Positions 26,687-35,605 of a DNA stretch of 51,811 bases are shown here, one piece after another (position 1 is the stretch's first letter; every line of letters begins with the position of its first letter). Position numbers and translations under genes: made by a program. Origin of the DNA: Eubacteriales bacterium (GTDB lineage: Bacteria; Bacillota; Clostridia; Oscillospirales; CAG-382); the NCBI GenBank assembly GCA_045532495.1, contig JAZSGA010000040.1:1-51811 (forward strand). Direction: 5' to 3'. Under the pieces are notes generated by a model. The model did not search any database. It worked only from the letters and a program-made list of their open reading frames with translations, and had not been told where the DNA came from.

Positions 26687-27337
26687 TTAAGCATTTACGG
26701 GTTCGGAAACTCTGCCGCAAACGGCTTTTCCGTCTTCGATCCGCAAAATTGCTACTACTGTGTTTTTTTCGATAATGTCGCTGTCCACACCTTTGGCAGG
26801 GTAAACAAAGCCGTCGCACATAACTGTGCCGTCGGCAGAAAAATTATCGATGGTGCTTTCCACCCTGGCATGCTTACCCACAAGCTCCTCCGTGGGCACA
26901 CTGCTGCTGCGCAATGCGGCACATATAAGCTTTACACCTGAAATATCCACAACCTTTGCCTTTTCACCTGCAAGGATGCGGCGGTTATCGAAGCTTACAG
27001 CCGACCAGCTCATGCCGTTGATCTTTACTCTGCCAACCTCGCCCTCGGGGATATCACTTTCGGCAGTGGCAATTTTGCCGACAAGGGAATCCACGTTGGT
27101 TTTATGGGTTTTGGCAACAAAGCTCTGCTTTATCTTCTCGCGCAAAAGCACCGCTGTAACAACACTTATTATAACAAAAACGGCAAGCTGTATGTAAATG
27201 TTTTTAACACCGCAAACATCAAGTAATATGCACACCGCCGCCGACGGAACAAACCATATGCCCACCAGTGCACTTGTGCAGCCCTCAACGATAAGCGAAA
27301 TTACAAGCACTGCCGCCCATATTGCATAACCCGGCAA
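26687..27337 (-). CDS. NfeD family membrane protein with two OB-like C-terminal domains
   Basis: 216 aa with N-terminal TM segments. Two NfeD-type segments follow (GKIATAE...GRVKINGMSWSA...VVDISGVKLIC and GKHARVES...VAILRIEDGKAVC). Located directly upstream of the SPFH gene. Confidence 0.8.
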   Translation of the reverse strand: MPGYAIWAAVLVISLIVEGCTSALVGIWFVPSAAVCILLDVCGVKNIYIQLAVFVIISVVTAVLLREKIKQSFVAKTHKTNVDSLVGKIATAESDIPEGEVGRVKINGMSWSAVSFDNRRILAGEKAKVVDISGVKLICAALRSSSVPTEELVGKHARVESTIDNFSADGTVMCDGFVYPAKGVDSDIIEKNTVVAILRIEDGKAVCGRVSEPVNA

Positions 27338-27355
27338 TTAAAACACTCCTTTCGG

Positions 27356-28006
27356 TCAATAATCTGCGTAATTGTCAAACAGCCCGGATATTTCATCGTA
27401 GCTGTAACCGTAACGCAACAGTTTGTCGGATAATTTCTTTTTTTGTTCCCTGGTTTCGGGAATCTCACCTTTGGAAAGTTTTTCAAACAAAATATTCAGA
27501 TTTTCGTCAAAATCAATTTCACATTCATCAAGCACCTGCTCGCAAAGCGTGCGGGATATTCCTTTTGCTATAAGCTCGGATATTATTCTGTGCCTGCCAA
27601 AAAGTTTGCCGTTGGCAAGCATTTCGCACTTGCGTGTACAGTAGCGTTTATCGTCAATATAACCGTTTTTCTTTAAAACCTCCACCGCCTGCGCACTTGC
27701 CGCAGGCGAATATCCCTTTAGCTTAAGCTTTGAAACCAGCTGTTTTTCGCTTTTATCGCTGATTCCGAGGATATATGCGGCATATTTTATGGCTTTTAAT
27801 TTTTCGGCAAGCTGTTCAAGCTGTGCCACGGCGCTTTCGGGAACAAACATGGGCAGGTGTGCGGAAAATTCCGAAATATCCGCACCGCCTGTTATATCTG
27901 CCACAAAGCTTTTAAGATCCGCCTTGGTTATATCATAGTATCCGCCATCGGTTTTTATACATGCCTCGTTGCCCGATTGGGTGAATGTTACGGAGATTAT
28001 ATCCAT
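27356..28006 (-). CDS. recX: Recombination regulator RecX
   Basis: 216 aa. The C-terminal two thirds shows RecX three-helix repeats (LKLKGYSP..A..AVEVLKKNGYIDDKRY, ...ELIAKGISR, ...LLRYGYSYDEI). The start is 13 nt after the recA stop. Confidence 0.85.
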   Translation of the reverse strand: MDIISVTFTQSGNEACIKTDGGYYDITKADLKSFVADITGGADISEFSAHLPMFVPESAVAQLEQLAEKLKAIKYAAYILGISDKSEKQLVSKLKLKGYSPAASAQAVEVLKKNGYIDDKRYCTRKCEMLANGKLFGRHRIISELIAKGISRTLCEQVLDECEIDFDENLNILFEKLSKGEIPETREQKKKLSDKLLRYGYSYDEISGLFDNYADY

Positions 28007-28019
28007 TTTTCAGATAAGA

Positions 28020-29123
28020 TTATTCGTCGCCGAATTCTTCTGTTACAACAACGCCGCCCTCAAGCTCGTCGTCATCCTCCACGGCTTCGATGTCGTCAAA
28101 GTCCAGAGAATTTGCCTTTGCCTTGATCTTTTCTTCGATCTCATAGGCAAAATCGGGATTCTGTTCAAGGTATTCACGAACCTTATCACGGCCCTGACCG
28201 ATGCGTTCTTCGTTGTAATAGAACCACGATCCGCTCTTGGAGATTATATCAAGCTGTACACCGATATCGATAATTTCGCTCATTTTGGAAATACCTTTGC
28301 CGTAAAGCACATCAAATTCCGCAGATTTGAAAGGCGGTGCAACCTTGTTTTTAACAACTTTGCAGCGTGTGCGGTTGCCTATTATATCGGCACCCGATTT
28401 TATGGGCTCACCCTTGCGTATATCTATACGAACGGAAGCGTAGAACTTAAGCGCACGTCCACCTGTGGTGGTTTCAGGGTTGCCGTAGATAACACCGATC
28501 TTTTCACGCAGCTGATTGATGAAAATAACGATACAGTTGGATTTTGAAACAGCACCCGAAAGCTTACGCAAAGCCTGGGACATAAGTCTTGCATGGGCGC
28601 CCACATGGCTTTCGCCCATGTCGCCTTCGATTTCGGATTTGGGAACAAGTGCCGCAACCGAGTCCACCACAACAACATCAATGGCACCCGAGCGCACAAG
28701 TGCTTCGGTAATTTCCAATGCCTGCTCGCCGTTATCGGGCTGGGAAACAAGAAGATCATCGATATTAACGCCCAAAGCCTTTGCATAAACAGGATCAAGA
28801 GCATGCTCGGCATCTATAAATGCAGCCTCGCCGCCAAGCTTTTGCACTTCGGATATGATGTGCAGGGTAAGAGTTGTTTTACCCGAGGATTCGGGACCGT
28901 ATATTTCAACAATTCGTCCGCGCGGAACACCGCCGATGCCCAGGGCAAGGTCAAGGGTAAGCGATCCTGTGGGAACTGCGCTTACGCTCATTGCGGCGTT
29001 TTCGCCCAGCTTCATTATGGCGCCTTTGCCGAAATCCTTTTCTATTCTTGCCAGAGTTGTGGCAAGAGCCGCTTTTTTATCCTGGGGTACCGGTTCTTTA
29101 ACTTTTGCTTCTTTTTTTGCCAT
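28020..29123 (-). CDS. recA: Recombinase RecA
   Basis: The ATG at 29123 (MAKKEAKV...) is chosen over the longer ORF from 29153. Motifs include Walker [19 protein letters not shown], and a C-terminal acidic tail. Confidence 0.97.
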   Translation of the reverse strand: MAKKEAKVKEPVPQDKKAALATTLARIEKDFGKGAIMKLGENAAMSVSAVPTGSLTLDLALGIGGVPRGRIVEIYGPESSGKTTLTLHIISEVQKLGGEAAFIDAEHALDPVYAKALGVNIDDLLVSQPDNGEQALEITEALVRSGAIDVVVVDSVAALVPKSEIEGDMGESHVGAHARLMSQALRKLSGAVSKSNCIVIFINQLREKIGVIYGNPETTTGGRALKFYASVRIDIRKGEPIKSGADIIGNRTRCKVVKNKVAPPFKSAEFDVLYGKGISKMSEIIDIGVQLDIISKSGSWFYYNEERIGQGRDKVREYLEQNPDFAYEIEEKIKAKANSLDFDDIEAVEDDDELEGGVVVTEEFGDE

Positions 29124-29189
29124 AATGTAAAACCTACCTTTCGATTTGCGCAATCATGCAAACGCTGCCGCACATTTGGCAGTTTGTGT

Positions 29190-29201
29190 GAACGTTTGTT
29201 T
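29190..29201. promoter_or_regulatory. Candidate LexA (Cheo-type) box GAACGTTTGTTT
   Basis: Matches GAAC-N4-GTT(C/T) and lies immediately downstream of the recA -10 element. Confidence 0.45.
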
Positions 29202-29211
29202 TATTAAAACA

Positions 29212-29240
29212 AGTATATCACATTTTTTGCCGATTGTCAA
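29212..29240 (-). promoter_or_regulatory. recA sigma-A promoter
   Basis: On the minus strand: TTGACA (29240-29235), 17-nt spacer, TATACT (29217-29212). Confidence 0.55.
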
Positions 29241-29304
29241 ATACTATTTTTAATTTTATCTGTAACTATATAATATCAGAGCATGTGTACCATAAATCGT
29301 ACAG

Positions 29305-30351
29305 TTATCTGCCGTAGCTCCAGCCGTCTATATAATCGCTTTCCTCGTAATAGCGGTTGAAAGTTTCGCCTTCAAAATCTTTTACAAGCAAAGTATAATC
29401 ACCCTCAAAGCCACAGGGCACTGCCATTTCGTATAAAAATTCATCGGCAAAGCCGCCGTAATAATTGAAATGTGCAAATATTGTGCCCATGCTCTTTAAA
29501 TATTCCGCATATTTCCTGCACTCATCGGCAAAGGCATCTTTTTCACGCAGCTGACCGTAAAACGCCAGGTCAAAAACCATGCTGCCGTAAAACTTCTGCG
29601 GATCATTTACATCTGCCGCACAAACAGAAATATCAGTTTCATCCATATTTATACGCAGAGCAAACTGGCTTCCGGGAAAACGCTGCGTAAGCAACTGGGA
29701 CATTTCCGTACGGCGCTCGGACAGTATTTTATATTCGTAATAATTGGAATAGCCGTCATAAACCTCTGCGCCATCCAGCGATATATCGGCGTTCATGTAG
29801 GTTTCATCGGTAAAGCCCACATTGGTAAAATACTTGCCCGACAAAGCATCATAATGGGTGTAGCGTATTTCGGGGGCATTTTCGCCGTAGATGTTTTTTA
29901 TATATTCGGCATTTTTGTCAGCATAAATTGCCGCATGCACGGGGTTGCCGAACACAAAAGCATATGCTGCACCGCCTATTATCAGCAAAAGCGCACCGCA
30001 CAAAACCATAAGTTTTTTTAATCTTTCCGCCACACATGCAGTTACAAAAAACCTTTTTGCCAATATTCCGATACCTGCAAAAGCACCTGCCGCCACGGCG
30101 TTAAAAAACGTTTGCGCCACGCTATAGCGTTCCACGGCTCCAAAACACAGCGCTATTGCAAAGCACAGAAAAACCGTGATGAGCTTTTTGTTTATAAAAA
30201 ACGTCGCCAAAGCAGGCAAAACCAGCACAAAGGGTATTGTGCGCAAAATACCTGCGCTTTCCGTTGTAAACACGGTGGAAAGTGCAACAAGTATGGCATA
30301 TGCCGCATAAGGAAATATGTTTTTGAAAATTTTATTCTTTTGCTGTGCCAT
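29305..30351 (-). CDS. Hypothetical polytopic membrane protein with an extracytoplasmic C-terminal domain
   Basis: The ATG at 30351 (MAQQKNKIF) has an AAAGGAA SD. About 5 TM segments are followed by a Tyr/Asp/Glu-rich soluble region of about 200 aa. No family recognised. Confidence 0.6.
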   Translation of the reverse strand: MAQQKNKIFKNIFPYAAYAILVALSTVFTTESAGILRTIPFVLVLPALATFFINKKLITVFLCFAIALCFGAVERYSVAQTFFNAVAAGAFAGIGILAKRFFVTACVAERLKKLMVLCGALLLIIGGAAYAFVFGNPVHAAIYADKNAEYIKNIYGENAPEIRYTHYDALSGKYFTNVGFTDETYMNADISLDGAEVYDGYSNYYEYKILSERRTEMSQLLTQRFPGSQFALRINMDETDISVCAADVNDPQKFYGSMVFDLAFYGQLREKDAFADECRKYAEYLKSMGTIFAHFNYYGGFADEFLYEMAVPCGFEGDYTLLVKDFEGETFNRYYEESDYIDGWSYGR

Positions 30352-30371
30352 GGGTTTTCCTTTCAAAAAAA

Positions 30372-32345
30372 TCAGCGTTTCTTTTTTCTGCCGTCTGTTT
30401 TGCGTGTACCTTTTCCGTACACCCTTGAACTGCCCGACATGTCGGCGGTGATTTTACCTTTACGGGTATTTCTGCGGTTCTTTTGTGAAACTGCGGAAGC
30501 TTTTTTTGTATCATTACTGCGCTTTGCAGGTCTTCCCAACAACAAGGGTGCCGCATCGTTTCTGCCTGAAAGGGCTATTGCCTTTTCTATAAGCGGACGG
30601 TTTTCGGGGCGGTTATACTGCAAAAGTGCACGCTGCATGCGCTTTTCCTCGTAATCCCTGGGTACATACACATTTTTACCGCTGAAAGGATCGATGCCCG
30701 TGTAATACATTGTTGTGGATGCAGTACCCGGTGTGGGATAAAAATCCTGAACCTGTTCGGGACGTATGTTTTCACGCTTCAGATAAAGTGCCAGATCTAT
30801 GGCATCGGAAAGCGTGCTTCCCGGATGTGATGACATGAGATAAGGAACAAGATATTGCTCCAGACCGCATTTTTTGGTGGTTTCAAAATACTTTTTACAA
30901 AAAGCATTGTATATTTCCACATTAGGTTTGCCCATATGCGCAAGTACCCTTGGCGAAATATGTTCGGGGGCAACCTTAAGCTGTCCGCTTACATGCTTGC
31001 TTACAAGCTCACGGATAAAAGCATCGCTTTTATCCGCCATAACGTAATCAAACCGCACGCCGGAACGGACAAAAACTTTTTTCACCTTAGGCAAAGCGGA
31101 AACTCTGCGAAGAATATCTATATATTCGGTGTGATCTGCAATAAGATTTTTGCAGGGCGTGGGCGAAAGGCAACGTCGGTTGTTGCACACAGCCTTTTTA
31201 CCGTCACGCACTGCCTGACATGGCCCGTGGCGGAAATTTGCCGTGGGGCCGCCCACATCATGAATATAGCCCTTGAATCTTGGAAGAGTGGTTAAAAGTT
31301 TTGCTTCCTCCACCACGGATTCCGCACTGCGTGATACCACGTTTCTGCCCTGATTGTAGGCTATGGCACAAAATGCACAGGCGCCAAAGCATCCACGGTT
31401 GTGGGTTACGGAAAATTCCACCTCATCCAATGCCGAAATTCCGCCGACGGCATCGTAGCGCGGATGCCAGGTGCGCGTAAACGGCATGGCATAAACCTCG
31501 TCAAGCTCCTTTTCGGAAAGAGGTGCAGGCGGAGGATTTTGTATAACACGGCAACCGTCATAAAACTCCACTATTGCCTTGCCGCCAACGTAATCCTGAT
31601 TCTGATACTGAATACGGAAAGCTTCGGCATAAGCTTTTTTATTGGTCTTAAGCTCGTCGTAGGTGTAGGTATCAATATATTCGTACTTTGGCACATAATC
31701 GTCCTTTACGCAAAAGGCTGTGCCACGCACATCACGGATCTTGCGCACGGGTACGCCCTTATCCAAAAGACGTGCAATTTCGGGGATGGAACGTTCACCC
31801 ATACCATAGCTTAATATATCGGCACGGGAATCCACCAGAATACTGCGGCGAACTTTGTCATCCCAATAATCGTAATGGGCAAAGCGTCGGAGCGAGGCTT
31901 CGAGTCCGCCTATTATTATGGGAACATCCCCGTACGCTTCGCGGATACGGTTGCAATACACTATAACCGCACGGTCGGGACGCATACCTGCTGCCTTGCC
32001 GGGCGAATAATAATCGTCGGAACGGCGTTTTTTTGCGGCGGTATAATTTGCCACCATGGAATCCACATTGCCGGAACTTACAAGGAATCCCAGCCTTGGA
32101 CGCCCAAAAACACATACTCCGCCGCCCGAACCGTCACGGTAGGTTTTTTTATAATCGGGCTGGGCAATTATGCCCACGGTAAAGCCGCATTTTTCGAGCA
32201 GACGGGATATAAGCGCCGCTCCAAAGCTTGGGTGGTCGATATATGCATCACCCGTTACATAAACAAAATCCGGGCAGGAAATACCTTCGGGCAGCTCCTG
32301 CGGAGTCATGGGCAACGGTTTTTTTGCAAGCTGTGTGTAAATCAT
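30372..32345 (-). CDS. ygiQ: YgiQ family (UPF0313) radical SAM protein
   Basis: 657 aa with the radical-SAM cluster motif CFGACAFC, YgiQ-type N- and C-terminal domains and a basic Arg/Lys-rich tail. Confidence 0.9.
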   Translation of the reverse strand: MIYTQLAKKPLPMTPQELPEGISCPDFVYVTGDAYIDHPSFGAALISRLLEKCGFTVGIIAQPDYKKTYRDGSGGGVCVFGRPRLGFLVSSGNVDSMVANYTAAKKRRSDDYYSPGKAAGMRPDRAVIVYCNRIREAYGDVPIIIGGLEASLRRFAHYDYWDDKVRRSILVDSRADILSYGMGERSIPEIARLLDKGVPVRKIRDVRGTAFCVKDDYVPKYEYIDTYTYDELKTNKKAYAEAFRIQYQNQDYVGGKAIVEFYDGCRVIQNPPPAPLSEKELDEVYAMPFTRTWHPRYDAVGGISALDEVEFSVTHNRGCFGACAFCAIAYNQGRNVVSRSAESVVEEAKLLTTLPRFKGYIHDVGGPTANFRHGPCQAVRDGKKAVCNNRRCLSPTPCKNLIADHTEYIDILRRVSALPKVKKVFVRSGVRFDYVMADKSDAFIRELVSKHVSGQLKVAPEHISPRVLAHMGKPNVEIYNAFCKKYFETTKKCGLEQYLVPYLMSSHPGSTLSDAIDLALYLKRENIRPEQVQDFYPTPGTASTTMYYTGIDPFSGKNVYVPRDYEEKRMQRALLQYNRPENRPLIEKAIALSGRNDAAPLLLGRPAKRSNDTKKASAVSQKNRRNTRKGKITADMSGSSRVYGKGTRKTDGRKKKR

Positions 32346-32974
32346 CTGAGATTTATCCTCGTTCTTGTGCAGGTTATATCGGAATTTTCGGGAATTATGC
32401 CTGCATCCTCAAGGGCGCGTATGGCATATTCGGGATTAAGGTAGCTGTCAGGCGCGGAATCCACTTTTAGCACAAGCTGTGTATTGCCGTCTACTTCGGC
32501 GGTGTGGAAAGCAAATATCTGCGGCTTTATATTAACCTGCTTTTCGCCGCTTTTTGATTTTTTTGTAACGGTTATATCTTCTTTGGAAAGGAAACTGCGA
32601 ATATTTTCGCATATGCCGCAAACGTTGCGAATGGTAAATATATATTCGGCATCCGCCACATTGCGGAATTTAAGCACGGGCTCCTCCACGGATTTTATGC
32701 GCAGGTGGGGCGGCATTACCGACGAAATGCGTTCCTTAAACTCGTCCATATCCATATCCTTTTCAAGTCCCACATCGCACATTTCGTTTTCGCCCGCCAT
32801 GCCTACTGAAAGCGGCAGGGCAAAAACCAGCTTTGGGTGAGGATTAAAGCCCGAAGAATATCTCAACGGAATACCCGCACGGTTAAAGGCACGCACAAAG
32901 GTGTGGGAAAGATCAAGATGGGAAATAAAAACAAGAGGACCTGTTTTTGAAAAGGTTATTCTGAAATCTGTCAT
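32342..32974 (-). CDS. TIGR03936 (DUF2344) radical SAM-associated protein
   Basis: The ATG at 32974 overlaps the stop of the upstream gene (ATGA). The N-terminus MTDFRITFSKTGPLVFISHLDLSHTFVRAFNRAGIPL is typical of the family. Confidence 0.85.
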   Translation of the reverse strand: MTDFRITFSKTGPLVFISHLDLSHTFVRAFNRAGIPLRYSSGFNPHPKLVFALPLSVGMAGENEMCDVGLEKDMDMDEFKERISSVMPPHLRIKSVEEPVLKFRNVADAEYIFTIRNVCGICENIRSFLSKEDITVTKKSKSGEKQVNIKPQIFAFHTAEVDGNTQLVLKVDSAPDSYLNPEYAIRALEDAGIIPENSDITCTRTRINLR

Positions 32975-34866
32975 TGCTGATCCTCTCCTCTCCGCGCCGT
33001 ACAAAACGGTACACCGTATTTTGAAATGCCGCAGCCGGAACATTTTGTTCCGCAATCGGGCGTGGTTTGCGCTTCCATTGCCTTTTCAAACTCATGGCGT
33101 AAAAAGCGCTGTGTAACACCGCAATCAATAACCGACCAGGGCAACACATCGTTTGCATCAAAGGCACGGTTGGCGTAAAATTCTGCAGAAATACCCGTAT
33201 CGGCAAAGGCACGCATCCAGTTATCAAAATCAAAACATTCGTCCCAGCCGTCAAAAACAGCGCCTCCGCGATAAGCGTTTTCGATAACAGCGGATAGTCT
33301 TCTGTCGCCACGGGCAAAAACAGCCTCAAGGAAACTTACTTTTGATTCGTGCCAGTTATAGCGGATCTTGCGGCTGGTTATATTTTGTCCAAGCAGCTTT
33401 TGCTTGCGTATAAGCTCATCACGCATATCCTGGGCACACCACTGGAAAGGCGTGTGGCTTTTGGGTACAAAGCATGCAACGGAAATGGTGACCTCGCAGG
33501 AACGGCCTTTGGGTTTATCGGGGTTTTTGTAATATTCGTCTACTATTTTTTGAGCAAGGCGGGGAATACCTATAATATCCTCGTCGGTTTCGCCGGGCAG
33601 ACCGAGCATAAAATAAAGCTTTACGGAGGTTCTGCCGTTTCTGAATGCATCAGCACAGGTGCGCAGTATTTCCTCTTCGGTGAGGTTTTTGTTGATTATA
33701 TCACGCATGCGCTGTGTGCCTGCTTCGGGCGCAAAGGTGAGTCCGGATTTACGTAGCTCTTCAATCTTTTTCATTATTTCGCTTTCGAAGGAATCTATAC
33801 GCATGGAGGGAAGCGAAAGTCCCACTTTGCAATCATCTGTCCATTCCTTAAGGCAATCCACAAGCTGAAGAAGCTGGGGATAATCGCTTATGCTTAAGGA
33901 TGTAAGCGACATTTCCTCATAACCCGTGGAATCGTAATGACAGCGAGCCTGCTTTGCAAGGGTTTCGTGGTTTTTATAGCGGAAAGGGCGATATATCATA
34001 CCGGCCTGACAAAAACGGCAGCCACGCATGCAGCCGCGTGCCACTTCAAGCATTATGCGGTCATGCACGGTTTCTATATAAGGAAGCGGTGATTTTTCGG
34101 GGAAATAGGATGCATCAAAATCCGTAATGACACGGCGTTCCACGGTTTTTGGCACATCGGGATAAATGGGAGCGATTTCCGATATTGCTCCGTCCCTGCC
34201 GTCGTATTTTACATCATACATGGAGGGCACATAAAAGCCCTTGAGGTTTGCCGCAATGCGGTGCAAAAACTCACGCTTTGAATACTTTTCGCCACGTGCT
34301 TCACATTCTTCGCGGTAGGATATAAGGCATTTTGTAAATTCCACAAGAGCTTCCTCGCCCTCGCCTATGCTAAAGCAATCGAAAAAGTCAGCAATGGGCT
34401 CGGGATTATAGCTGCAGGGGCCTCCGCCTATTATTATGGGTGCATTGTCATCTCGGTCAGCGGCATATATGGGAATACCCGCAAGCTCAAGGGTGTAAAG
34501 GATGTTGGTGTAACACATCTCATACTGCAGGGTAAAGCCGATTATGTCAAAATCACGCAGGGCATCGCCGCTTTCGTGGGCATAAAGCGGAATGTTTTCG
34601 CGGCGGAGAATATCGCCGAAATCCTGCCAGGGAGTATATGTGCGCTCGCACCATATATCTTCCTCGTTATTGAGTGCTCCGTAAAGGATTTTTACACCGA
34701 GATTTGACATGCCTATCTCATAGGCATCGGGGAAGCAAAAGGCAAAGCGTGCCTTTATTTTTGATTTATCTTTTATTATCTGATTAAGCTCGCCGCCGGT
34801 GTATCTGCCCGGCTTCTGCACATTTTTAAGAAACTTTTCGGCAAGCTGTTTGGGGGTTGCGTTCAT
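32971..34866 (-). CDS. TIGR03960 family B12-binding-domain radical SAM protein
   Basis: 631 aa with the cluster motif CMRGCRFC. This is the usual partner of TIGR03936. Confidence 0.9.
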   Translation of the reverse strand: MNATPKQLAEKFLKNVQKPGRYTGGELNQIIKDKSKIKARFAFCFPDAYEIGMSNLGVKILYGALNNEEDIWCERTYTPWQDFGDILRRENIPLYAHESGDALRDFDIIGFTLQYEMCYTNILYTLELAGIPIYAADRDDNAPIIIGGGPCSYNPEPIADFFDCFSIGEGEEALVEFTKCLISYREECEARGEKYSKREFLHRIAANLKGFYVPSMYDVKYDGRDGAISEIAPIYPDVPKTVERRVITDFDASYFPEKSPLPYIETVHDRIMLEVARGCMRGCRFCQAGMIYRPFRYKNHETLAKQARCHYDSTGYEEMSLTSLSISDYPQLLQLVDCLKEWTDDCKVGLSLPSMRIDSFESEIMKKIEELRKSGLTFAPEAGTQRMRDIINKNLTEEEILRTCADAFRNGRTSVKLYFMLGLPGETDEDIIGIPRLAQKIVDEYYKNPDKPKGRSCEVTISVACFVPKSHTPFQWCAQDMRDELIRKQKLLGQNITSRKIRYNWHESKVSFLEAVFARGDRRLSAVIENAYRGGAVFDGWDECFDFDNWMRAFADTGISAEFYANRAFDANDVLPWSVIDCGVTQRFLRHEFEKAMEAQTTPDCGTKCSGCGISKYGVPFCTARRGEDQQ

Positions 34867-34891
34867 TTGATCATCCTGCCCTTTCTGTGGG

Positions 34892-35446
34892 TTATTTATC
34901 GTATTTTTCCACGGCTATGATAAAAGGTGCATCGGGGGAATTTATAAGCCGCAGATTTGTAACACAGTAGTATTTTTTATCAAGCTGTGAAAGTGCCTCG
35001 CACAGCATTTCGCCTTCAAGTTTACCTTCGGCATGACCGGGATAAACCGAAATAACCAGCACACCGCCTTTTTTGAGCAACTTTATGGCGGAATTTACGG
35101 CAGGCATGGTGCTTTCACGCATGGTGTGGATATTTTTATTGCCGCTGCCCGGAAGATATCCCAGATTGAACATACCTGCGGAAATTTCTTCGGTTATGTA
35201 TTTTTCACATTCGGCATGACTGTCATGTATAAGCGTTGCATTGGTGATACCTGCAGCTTCAAGCCTCGCCGCGGTGTTTTCCACGGCGCTTTTTTGAATA
35301 TCAAAGGCATAAACCTTGCCCTGCGGCACCTTTCGGCAAAGATACTCGGTATCGTGACCGTTACCCATGGTAAAATCGCACAGCACGGAGTTTGGCTTTA
35401 TTGCCACTTCTATAAACGCCTTTGCGGCATCCAAAAGTTCAAACAT
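34892..35446 (-). CDS. mnmM: YtqB/MnmM-type SAM-dependent tRNA methyltransferase
   Basis: 184 aa. The blocks DFTMGNGHDT, YAFDIQ, FNLGYLPG, VYPGHAEG and PFIIAVEK align closely with my recollection of B. subtilis YtqB. Confidence 0.75.
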   Translation of the reverse strand: MFELLDAAKAFIEVAIKPNSVLCDFTMGNGHDTEYLCRKVPQGKVYAFDIQKSAVENTAARLEAAGITNATLIHDSHAECEKYITEEISAGMFNLGYLPGSGNKNIHTMRESTMPAVNSAIKLLKKGGVLVISVYPGHAEGKLEGEMLCEALSQLDKKYYCVTNLRLINSPDAPFIIAVEKYDK

Positions 35447-35560
35447 ATATAGTACCTCATTTTAATATACTTTTTATCAATTTATATTATAACAAAAAAT
35501 GCGGCAAAATGGAATAGTTTTTCGACAGTTTATAAAACTTTTTAAGGAAGTTGCAAGGAC

Positions 35561-35592
35561 AAAAAAAGACCGATCATAACGATCGGTCTTTT
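35561..35592 (-). terminator. Terminator of the giant exoprotein gene
   Basis: 9-bp stem AGACCGATC/GATCGGTCT (35567-35575 and 35581-35589). On the minus strand it is followed by U7 (complement of 35561-35567). Confidence 0.75.
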
Positions 35593-35605
35593 GATGTTTA
35601 TTATA

